Positions 18,843 through 25,693 of a stretch of DNA of 48,190 nt are shown here, in pieces. The position numbers were made by a program, and so were the translations under genes. Below the pieces are notes generated by a model. The model saw only the letters and a program-made list of their open reading frames with translations. It had not been told where the DNA came from and ran no database searches. Each line of letters begins with the position of its first letter. The first letter of the stretch is position 1. The stretch spans positions 1 through 48,190 of the forward strand of contig JBAZFL010000001.1 in the NCBI GenBank assembly GCA_041653455.1, read 5' to 3'. Source of the DNA: Clostridia bacterium (lineage in GTDB: Bacteria; Bacillota; Clostridia; DUPQ01).

Positions 18843-19594
18843 TACTTTTTCACTTTCGCCCGTAAAGCTGTCATGGCATTGTTGAAATCAGCTTCTTTGA
18901 TCTTGTCCAAATCCTCAACGTCCATAAATTTGAGGAATTTCTTTTCGTCTGTTTCCGTTGACTGAATCATATCCACGAGGGTTGATTTCTGCTTGTCGGA
19001 AATATATTTTATTTCTCCACTCGCCTTATTTCCGTTATCATCGTCACCTGTCGGAATGTTAAAAATTAATCTTAAAAGATATGAGCGGCCATAAGAGAAA
19101 GCCGACCCAGTAGCATGAGTTTTTGTCATGTTTGCGTTACCTTTAATTCCGGTAGTCTCAACAGGAATATCCGCATAAACATTTTTTGTGAATCCTTCTT
19201 CGTGCATTATATCAGCCATTACCCGCATATTCCCTTCTAGTAATGGATTGTCGGGTGTTCCATGTCCTTGATAGAAAGTTACCGAAAATCCCTCGGCGGT
19301 GTAAATAGGTTGACAGCGTTTTACAATTTCATCGTAACCGGCATACTTGCTATTTGTCTGATTGTTCTTTTCTTTTTTATCAACCACGGGCATATTTTTC
19401 TGCGCCCTAACCATCGAAAAGTTAAACGCTTGTTGAGCCTCTCTATCAATGATTTGTTTCTGCATATCTATAATCCGTTGTATTTTCTCAACGTCAACAT
19501 TTGGATTAGAAGAAAGACGCTCAATTATATCTAAAAAATTAGGTTGACTTCCTTCTTTTTCTTTTATCACTTCTGGTACTAATACTTCTGTCAT
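18842..19594 (-). CDS. ERF-family single-strand annealing protein
   Basis: NSKYAGYDEIVKRCQPIYTAEGF matches the ERF core pattern (Y-x-Y-A ... P-x-L-x-x-x-G). ATG overlaps the exonuclease start region. Confidence 0.6.
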   Translation of the reverse strand: MTEVLVPEVIKEKEGSQPNFLDIIERLSSNPNVDVEKIQRIIDMQKQIIDREAQQAFNFSMVRAQKNMPVVDKKEKNNQTNSKYAGYDEIVKRCQPIYTAEGFSVTFYQGHGTPDNPLLEGNMRVMADIMHEEGFTKNVYADIPVETTGIKGNANMTKTHATGSAFSYGRSYLLRLIFNIPTGDDDNGNKASGEIKYISDKQKSTLVDMIQSTETDEKKFLKFMDVEDLDKIKEADFNNAMTALRAKVKK

Positions 19595-19675
19595 ATTTCC
19601 CCCTGTTTAATTGCCCTCCGAGAATCCCCTCATACTCGACCTACCTGATTGAAGGGCGTACTCGTTGGGCGTTGG

Positions 19676-19924
19676 TTAATTTGTTTCAATCGTAATAGCA
19701 ATTTCGGAAAGTGTAATTTTCATTTCCACTATTTTCTGTTCTGCTTCTACCTCTAAAAGTTTTGGTATTTCCGTTCCTGCTTTAATATAAAAGCCCCCTG
19801 AAATATCATCGCCTACTTTTCCGAAAACATAATGGTGGGTAGTTGGTTCGTAACCGATAACTTCTCCAGCATTATTGCGGATAGCTTTTGTTATTGTTTG
19901 ATCGTAAATTGCTTTAATCTTCAT
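19676..19924 (-). CDS. Hypothetical protein
   Basis: AGGGAGGAAAG RBS. 82-aa ORF. Confidence 0.5.
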   Translation of the reverse strand: MKIKAIYDQTITKAIRNNAGEVIGYEPTTHHYVFGKVGDDISGGFYIKAGTEIPKLLEVEAEQKIVEMKITLSEIAITIETN

Positions 19925-20252
19925 TTCTTTCCTCCCTTTCCTCTATTTTCTGGTGGCTATGTGCGATAGGAAACTACTCTGTACGAGCCTATCAACCCTA
20001 GTTTCTCCGGTTTGTACTCCGGCACAGCCATGTTAATTACTTCCTGTAATCAAGTTGATGGTCTATTCTTTCTTCCATTAATCGCTCACATATTTCTTGA
20101 TACGGAATTTATGCGCTGTACAATTTTCTCTATGATTAGGTAAATCTTTCCACGCTGCCATTCGTCTGAAATAGATTCCCCAAGGAGTCCATTTGTTAAG
20201 TTTTATTTCGATTACCCACACATGATTTTTCATCAGTTCACCGCTTTAACTA

Positions 20253-20510
20253 TTATTCTGTAATGCCAATTCTGGTTAGAAATTTATCTGCATATTCTCC
20301 GGCACATTTAATGCTGTACTCATACCTATTTTTACCACTAGCAACTTCGTCAATGTCTGTTAATAATTGGTCAACCATGTCCGTCATTACTTTTAAATTT
20401 TCAAATCTCTTCCCATCTTCGGTTGTTTCGCCAATTGGTTTTATTTCGCCAACTAACTTTTTTACAACATCATATAATTCCATTTTACTAATACCTCTCT
20501 TGCCCTGCAC
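20253..20510 (-). CDS. Hypothetical protein
   Basis: ORF in the leftward string. The internal Met MELYDVV is preceded by AGAGG. The antisense ORF 20263-20520 was rejected. Confidence 0.45.
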   Translation of the reverse strand: MQGKRGISKMELYDVVKKLVGEIKPIGETTEDGKRFENLKVMTDMVDQLLTDIDEVASGKNRYEYSIKCAGEYADKFLTRIGITE

Positions 20511-20697
20511 GATATTTTAAATGCTTCTTCGGCAAAATATCCCTTATAGCTGACTGCATGATTTCGTCCCTTTCGATGAAATTAAATTCCCGTAAAGTTT
20601 TTTTGATTACGTTAACGGCTTCCTCTTTGGGATTGACCACAGGATAAACAACTTTCTCTGGATTAAGTAATTTTGCGATTCGTTCAAACATATACAT
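20488..20697 (-). CDS. Hypothetical protein
   Basis: ORF immediately downstream of 20700-20987 on the minus strand. Confidence 0.45.
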   Translation of the reverse strand: MYMFERIAKLLNPEKVVYPVVNPKEEAVNVIKKTLREFNFIERDEIMQSAIRDILPKKHLKYRAGQERY

Positions 20698-20699
20698 TT

Positions 20700-20987
20700 T
20701 TACCTCCTTGCGATTAAATTATTGCAACCTTCTCGTTCGATAAAAATCTTTTTACCTTGATAATTTACAAACGGTTCACCCTGCCGGAAATCAACCACAG
20801 AGGACTTCGGGCAGCTTTTTAAATTTTCGTAGATCACTTCATTTCTAGCGTTCAGCCGTTGCTCGACAGCAGACACAATGATAACGGCAAATATTCCGAT
20901 CACGCTCAGGGCGATAATAATTGCTGAATGAAACTTGTCCCTATCTCTCGCTATCCTCTGTTTTTTGTATTCGGTTAGGATTGTCAC
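20700..20987 (-). CDS. Single-TM membrane protein
   Basis: GTG start with a GGAGGTG RBS. TM segment AIIIALSVIGIFAVIIVSAV. Confidence 0.5.
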   Translation of the reverse strand: MTILTEYKKQRIARDRDKFHSAIIIALSVIGIFAVIIVSAVEQRLNARNEVIYENLKSCPKSSVVDFRQGEPFVNYQGKKIFIEREGCNNLIARR

Positions 20988-21059
20988 TTCGACACCTCCA
21001 CAACAAAGCTATTAATCCGATCACTATACTTACAAATACTGCGGTTATGATGATCTGCA

Positions 21060-21260
21060 TTAGGAATCTTCCTCTATTTCTTCAAATTCAAGATGAACAT
21101 CTTCCTGATTATAATTATAGACAACAATCATAACGCCTTCCTCAAAACACTGCATAATTGGAAAATCATCTGGAAGTTCAGAAAGAACTTTTTTTAATTC
21201 TCCTACCGTGTATGCCTTTGGGTGATCGTCACCACGATAAAATTTTTCAGGTATTCTCAT
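21060..21260 (-). CDS. Hypothetical acidic protein
   Basis: AGGAGGGATT RBS. 66-aa ORF. Confidence 0.5.
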   Translation of the reverse strand: MRIPEKFYRGDDHPKAYTVGELKKVLSELPDDFPIMQCFEEGVMIVVYNYNQEDVHLEFEEIEEDS

Positions 21261-21268
21261 AATCCCTC

Positions 21269-21516
21269 CTACTCAGCCTTTGCGATTGCTGCTTTCGCTT
21301 TTATGACTTCATGTAATGTTGCATTGTTTTCACAGCAAAATAGTTCAACCATTTCTTTCAACGATCCTAAAAGGTCGTAATGTGAATTGCAAGCCTTGAC
21401 ATAAAGGCGGCATCTACTTTTTTCATTTTAAACGAAACGTATTCATCGCCGTGCTTAACGCACCATCCCCAACCATTTTCTTTTATTACTTCCCACGGTA
21501 ATTTTGTATGTTCCAT
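21269..21516 (-). pseudogene. Small gene split into two overlapping frames at an A6 run (frameshifted, or requiring -1 recoding)
   Basis: Frame a is MEHTKLPWEVIKENGWGWCVKHGDEYVSFKMKKVDAAFM...stop. The -1 frame continues as ..CRLYVKACNSHYDLLGSLKEMVELFCCENNATLHEVIKAKAAIAKAE. The span is 248 nt, which is not a multiple of 3. AAAGGAG RBS before the first ATG. Confidence 0.4.
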
Positions 21517-21726
21517 AATCTCCTTTTGCGATATTAGTGGCAGGGGTCAGGAAGTCAGTTTACTTTCTCCTGATTCGCACGGCGTAAACACCGCCCCTGC
21601 CTTGTTACACCCAATACCGCCCTCCTTAAAGTATTTCAGCACTCTACCTGTCCCCATCTATCCGGCTTGTTGCTCCGGCCTCAATGTTGCAAAGTGTAAT
21701 GTTGTAACATCGGGGGTTTTCCCTTA

Positions 21727-22011
21727 TTATGCCGTCAAGCATTTATTATAGGCACTAATCCCAATGTCCTTAGCAAAACACCGAGCAGGACTAATCCTTT
21801 TCCTCTTTAAATATTCTGTATAAGGCTCGTCCCAATATATTTCGAACAACTGCCTTACATATTCTCTTGATACCCCGTACTTATCTGCTACAGATTGCAA
21901 CGTAATGTCTTTGTCCAAAGCCAAGCAAAATATGTCGTCTCTCAATTCTGTCCCGTAGGTCAGAACGAGGTATTTTATTTTTTCTGTTTGAGTTAGTTTC
22001 TTGCGTCCCAT
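21727..22011 (-). CDS. HTH DNA-binding protein (sigma-70 region-4-like)
   Basis: ITLQSVADKYGVSREYVRQLFE helix-turn-helix. Confidence 0.55.
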   Translation of the reverse strand: MGRKKLTQTEKIKYLVLTYGTELRDDIFCLALDKDITLQSVADKYGVSREYVRQLFEIYWDEPYTEYLKRKRISPARCFAKDIGISAYNKCLTA

Positions 22012-22031
22012 TTATGCCTCTAAAATATCGC

Positions 22032-22059
22032 TTGACTTTGGATTTTGTGAGAGTAGAAT
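22032..22059 (+). promoter_or_regulatory. Sigma-70-like promoter facing rightward, against the leftward operon
   Basis: TTGACT (22032-22037), 16 nt spacer, TAGAAT (22054-22059). Confidence 0.35.
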
Positions 22060-22157
22060 TAATCCAGACAGACTGGTATGGGATAGAACATATCCGTACA
22101 AACCAAGAAGGGCGGGGCAAGTGGCACTAGGGCAAGTCACAAACCCCGCTTTTTCGT

Positions 22158-22201
22158 GCCCCCGTAGTTCAATTGGATAGAACGCCAGTCTGTCGAATTG
22201 G
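22158..22201 (+). pseudogene. 5-prime half of a tRNA-Asp(GTC)-like gene (acceptor, D-arm and anticodon arm only)
   Basis: GCCCCCG-TA-GTTC-AATTGGATA-GAAC-G-CCAGT-CTGTCGA-ATTGG folds canonically up to position 43. No T-arm or 3-prime acceptor follows. The homology stops 4 nt before the HNH gene stop codon. Confidence 0.55.
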
Positions 22202-22205
22202 TTTG

Positions 22206-22661
22206 TCATAGGGACACCTCTTGGTTATGTACTAAATGATGATGTTTCTGGCAAAGCCATGTGACCATAAGTGGCCTTTGATAATCTTTATGATGGCCTT
22301 GTGTTTTTAAATCTCCACAAACTTCACATGGTTCTCGTTTTATTCTTCCTGCTTTGATTTCGTAATAGATTTTTTGTCTAGCAACTACTCTTTCTGGATA
22401 ACGCTCTACTTGTAGTTTTTTATAATGATAATTATTTGAGCTTATCCCACCTTTCCAACTTGGATTTAAATCACCTAATCTTTTTTTATTATGGTAACTG
22501 GTTGAACAAGACAGCGAACAAAAAGGTTTAGGCGAACCCGCCCTTATCTTATCTATCCGTGCATGAAATTCTTTTCCACAATTAGGACAATTACGAACAA
22601 CAGTTTTTCTATTTCGTTTCTTTATCCCAACGGGGGTACTATCTTGATTCTCTCCTCTCAT
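22206..22661 (-). CDS. HNH homing-endonuclease-like protein
   Basis: CPNCGKEF ... CSLSC zinc ribbon, plus CEVCGDLKTQGHHKDYQRPLMVTWLCQKHHHLVH (HNH core). Confidence 0.75.
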   Translation of the reverse strand: MRGENQDSTPVGIKKRNRKTVVRNCPNCGKEFHARIDKIRAGSPKPFCSLSCSTSYHNKKRLGDLNPSWKGGISSNNYHYKKLQVERYPERVVARQKIYYEIKAGRIKREPCEVCGDLKTQGHHKDYQRPLMVTWLCQKHHHLVHNQEVSL

Positions 22662-22686
22662 TGCACGACTCTCAAGTGTTGGCGTG

Positions 22687-22716
22687 AGTATAAAACAAGT
22701 ATTAATGTTTTGTCAA
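22687..22716 (-). promoter_or_regulatory. Early-left promoter (PL-like)
   Basis: On the minus strand: TTGACA (22716-22711), 18 nt, TATACT (22692-22687). The spacer contains one copy of the operator motif. Confidence 0.55.
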
Positions 22717-22742
22717 GCATTATTTACAAGTATTTATGTTTT
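22695..22742. promoter_or_regulatory. Two copies of the 17-bp operator-like motif ACAAGTATTwwTGTTTT
   Basis: acaagtattaatgtttt at 22695-22711 and acaagtatttatgtttt at 22726-22742. Confidence 0.5.
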
Positions 22743-22751
22743 TAGGGACAA

Positions 22752-22780
22752 TAAAAAAGCCAGTCATGGCTAAACTGGCT
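22752..22780 (-). terminator. Rho-independent terminator ending the leftward repressor operon
   Basis: AGCCAGT / ACTGGCT 7-bp stem with a 9-nt loop. It is followed on the minus strand by T6. Confidence 0.6.
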
Positions 22781-22806
22781 AATTTATTTATTAATTACTT
22801 AGAAAA

Positions 22807-22962
22807 TTATTTTATAATTGTGAACCAAATTGCTAAAACGAGCATGAAAATAGCCCATAAAAAATAGGGAATAGAGGTCAGTTCATCATCTTTTAATAAG
22901 ATAAACACTGCTTTCATTGAAACGATAATGGAAAAGATTAGTAGTATGGAAATTAATATCAT
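22807..22962 (-). CDS. Small two-TM membrane protein co-transcribed with the repressor (51 aa)
   Basis: Hand translation MILISILLIFSIIVSMKAVFILLKDDELTSIPYFLWAIFMLVLAIWFTIIK. Lies between the repressor gene and the terminator. Confidence 0.4.
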   Translation of the reverse strand: MILISILLIFSIIVSMKAVFILLKDDELTSIPYFLWAIFMLVLAIWFTIIK

Positions 22963-23041
22963 TATTAACCCTTAACTAAAAATATTTTCCTGTCGTTGTC
23001 CCTTGTGGCGGTTAGCGTGGACAGGGACACGCGCCGCCTAT

Positions 23042-23485
23042 CTACCCCATGAGCTTTTTCAGTTCCCCCGTATCTGCTACCGCAAATAACCGACTATTAA
23101 TTGAGGCTACATCAGCCTTTATCTGTTTCTTAGAGTCTTCTAAAGATTTTATGCCTACCAGTTGAACATCTATTTGTCTTTGTAATCCATCAATCTGCTT
23201 TTGGAATGACTGTAGAAGCATTAATATTTCTTGCGAGGATTCGCTAGGAAAGACTTTTTCTTCCTTTATGCCCGTAACTAGCCAATTAAGATCAACGCCC
23301 GTTAATTCCTTGATTTTTATTAGCTGATCGCCACTAGGAAAGTATATTCCTTTACACCAAGTTCTTATAGCTTCGTAAGAAATACCAACTTTTAAAGCAA
23401 ATTCCTTTTTGTCCTTACCTATAACTTGCTTTAATCGTTCGGTAATTTCATTATTTACAAGTTTTTTTGTTTTCGTGCTTGACAT
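23042..23485 (-). CDS. CI-like repressor (XRE-family HTH with a coiled-coil C-terminus)
   Basis: KKEFALKVGISYEAIRTWCKGIYFPSGDQLIKIKELTGVDLNWLVTG. Divergent from the rightward early operon. No SD before the ATG. Confidence 0.75.
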   Translation of the reverse strand: MSSTKTKKLVNNEITERLKQVIGKDKKEFALKVGISYEAIRTWCKGIYFPSGDQLIKIKELTGVDLNWLVTGIKEEKVFPSESSQEILMLLQSFQKQIDGLQRQIDVQLVGIKSLEDSKKQIKADVASINSRLFAVADTGELKKLMG

Positions 23486-23508
23486 AACAAGTATTTTTGT
23501 TTTATAAT
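23479..23508 (+). promoter_or_regulatory. Early-right promoter (PR-like)
   Basis: TTGACA (23479-23484), 18 nt, TATAAT (23503-23508). The spacer carries the operator motif, and the -35 overlaps the repressor start codon. Confidence 0.6.
23487..23503. promoter_or_regulatory. Third copy of the 17-bp operator-like motif
   Basis: acaagtatttttgtttt at 23487-23503. Confidence 0.5.
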
Positions 23509-23618
23509 CACTTTAAAATTTGGTACTAGAATCGGGCAACCATCCTGCAAGATAACTACCCGACCCTAGCTTAACAGATTCATAACCTTTTTCAAGTAAA
23601 AAAATGAGGTTACAAATC

Positions 23619-23819
23619 ATGGCAAAATCCATACCAACCGAAGGAACTTCTATCACTTTTCAAATACCTACTTTAGCTTGTCTTGACAATTACTGTTATC
23701 TTAAAAATCTTTCCCGTTCTTATGTGGTTCAAACCGCTGTTCAGCGTTACCTTGCTGCCGAAGATGCGGATAACAATCCCGATCATTGGAATCAAGAATA
23801 CGACAAGTTAGAAAAATAG
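23619..23819 (+). CDS. Ribbon-helix-helix Cro-like early regulator (tentative)
   Basis: First gene downstream of the PR-like promoter. TSITFQIP..(beta strand)..SRSYVVQTAVQRYL is RHH-like. Start chosen at MAKSIP (GAGG 9 nt upstream); the ORF track starts at 23604. Confidence 0.45.
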   Translation: MAKSIPTEGTSITFQIPTLACLDNYCYLKNLSRSYVVQTAVQRYLAAEDADNNPDHWNQEYDKLEK

Positions 23820-23889
23820 TCAAAATTTTTAAAATATAAAAATGTTTAAATATTATTGAAGTTTAATTTCTAACCAAAACGGTAACTTA

Positions 23890-24546
23890 ATGAGCGACAT
23901 TAAAATAATTAATCAGGACTGCATGATTGCTATGAGCCAAATGAAAGACAAAGAGTTTGATTTGGCTATTTGCGATCCGCCGTATGGGATATTCGGGGGG
24001 GGGCAGAAGTGTGACAACTTCAACTGGGTTAAAAAAAAAGTCAAAGAGGGTGACGGTGGAACATGGGCTTCTAAATATAACAGGCAAACAACAAAATGGG
24101 ATTTTGCACCACCGGAAGAATATTTTATGGAATTAAAAAGGGTAAGTAAAGAACAAATAATTTGGGGAGCTAATCATTTTGGTTATCCATTTATAAATTT
24201 TGCAATCTGGAGAAAACTTACTATTTCGGAAAAATTCACAATGTCAATGGCAGAGATAGCATCGGTTTCAATTAGGGGGAACGGGAAAGTTTTTGAATAT
24301 CAACCACAAGACAAAAATAGATTCCACCCCACCCAAAAGCCCGTTGCCCTTTACCAATGGCTATTAAAGAACTACGCAAAGCAAGGGGATAGGATTTTAG
24401 ACACGCATTTAGGAAGTGGCTCAAGTGCGATTGCCGCCGATATAATGGGCTTTGATTTTGTCGGATATGAGATTGACAAGGATTATTTTGAAGCGGCATT
24501 AGACCGATTTAATAGGCACAAACAACAACAGGTATTGGCTCTATGA
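23890..24546 (+). CDS. DNA methyltransferase 1 (amino-MTase, DPPY type, beta-class motif order)
   Basis: DLAICDPPYG (motif IV) near the N-terminus; HPTQKPVALYQWLL...ILDTHLGSGSSAIAA (motif I region) near the C-terminus. Confidence 0.8.
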   Translation: MSDIKIINQDCMIAMSQMKDKEFDLAICDPPYGIFGGGQKCDNFNWVKKKVKEGDGGTWASKYNRQTTKWDFAPPEEYFMELKRVSKEQIIWGANHFGYPFINFAIWRKLTISEKFTMSMAEIASVSIRGNGKVFEYQPQDKNRFHPTQKPVALYQWLLKNYAKQGDRILDTHLGSGSSAIAADIMGFDFVGYEIDKDYFEAALDRFNRHKQQQVLAL

Positions 24547-24719
24547 AATTCCCAACCGACCTATTGAAAAAGTTATTTCCGACTCCAGCAAAAGACAAAG
24601 ACGGTCATTGTGTTTTTCATATTGACGACCGTTTCAAGTGCCCGAACTTTAAGCCGGTCAAGGGGACTCATAATTGCTGTGAGTTTCTTTTGATTACAGG
24701 GGAGTGTGAGGCGGAATGA
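24543..24719 (+). CDS. Small Cys/His-rich protein (58 aa) between MTase 1 and MTase 2
   Basis: ATGA overlaps at both ends. Hand translation MKFPTDLLKKLFPTPAKDKDGHCVFHIDDRFKCPNFKPVKGTHNCCEFLLITGECEAE. Confidence 0.45.
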   Translation: MKFPTDLLKKLFPTPAKDKDGHCVFHIDDRFKCPNFKPVKGTHNCCEFLLITGECEAE

Positions 24720-25540
24720 ATCATAAATTAATAAACGATCATTTTCAGAATTATAAATCATATTCAATACCAAAGGCGCAACTTGTAATTGCTGATATTC
24801 CTTACAACGTCGGTAAAAATGCTTATGGTTCTAATCCGGCATGGTACATTGACGGCGATAATAACAATGGCGAAAGTGATCTGGCCGGAAAAGTATTTTT
24901 TGATACTGACAACGATTTCAAAATATCTGAATTTTTAAATTTCTGTTCTCATATGCTGGTTAGGGAGCCGAAGGAAAAGGGCAGGGCTCCGGCAATGGTT
25001 ATTTTCTGTGAATTTGAGCAGCAATTTGAATTAATAGAAAAAGCCAAAAAGTACGGCTTAAATAATTACATCAATCTGGTTTTCCGCAAGAACTTTTCCG
25101 CTCAGGTATTAAAGGCCAATATGAGAATCGTTGGCAACTGCGAATATGGCCTTGTTTTATACAGGGATAAACTTCCTAAATTCAACAATCACGGGAAAAT
25201 GGTATTTAATTGTTTTGACGTTGAAAGAGATACTGTCACCCCAAAGATCCACCCGACACAAAAATCCGTCCCATTGCTGGAAAAAATAATAAAAATATTT
25301 ACAGACGAGGGTGAAGTAGTGATTGACCCCGTTTCTGGCAGTGGAACAACTTTGCTTGCCGCGATAAATTGCAACCGTTCTGCATATGGATTTGAGATCA
25401 AAAAGAACTTTTATAAAGACGCCTCTACTTTAATCAATAACAGAAAATTAGAATTGGAAGAAATAAGCAAATACGGATTGCCCATAACGGAAATGGGGAA
25501 AATTAATCCAACATTATTCGATAATCAGTTCGGGAATTAA
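24716..25540 (+). CDS. DNA methyltransferase 2 (amino-MTase, DIPY variant)
   Basis: LVIADIPYNVG (motif IV variant); HPTQKSVPLLEKII...VIDPVSGSGTTLLAA (motif I). Confidence 0.8.
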   Translation: MNHKLINDHFQNYKSYSIPKAQLVIADIPYNVGKNAYGSNPAWYIDGDNNNGESDLAGKVFFDTDNDFKISEFLNFCSHMLVREPKEKGRAPAMVIFCEFEQQFELIEKAKKYGLNNYINLVFRKNFSAQVLKANMRIVGNCEYGLVLYRDKLPKFNNHGKMVFNCFDVERDTVTPKIHPTQKSVPLLEKIIKIFTDEGEVVIDPVSGSGTTLLAAINCNRSAYGFEIKKNFYKDASTLINNRKLELEEISKYGLPITEMGKINPTLFDNQFGN

Positions 25541-25693
25541 TGGCTAACGTAAGCGAAGAATACCTTCTTAAAATATTCCATGAAATAGTCGGCTTCAACG
25601 CTGATTTTCGTTGGCGCCGGAGATTTACCGGGAAGAGCAGAAAGAAGTTTTGCTGGAAGAAATGAAGAGGCTAGGAATACGCGGGTGGCGACC

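Noticed and set aside
22600-22640. CGGGGGT inside the HNH gene (about 22630), considered as the missing 3-prime acceptor strand of the tRNA-Asp fragment (a split or intron-containing tRNA).
   Set aside because: The 17 nt before it (tcgtttctttatcccaa) cannot form a T stem-loop, and it lies inside a coding region with clear HNH motifs. It is most likely a chance 7-mer.
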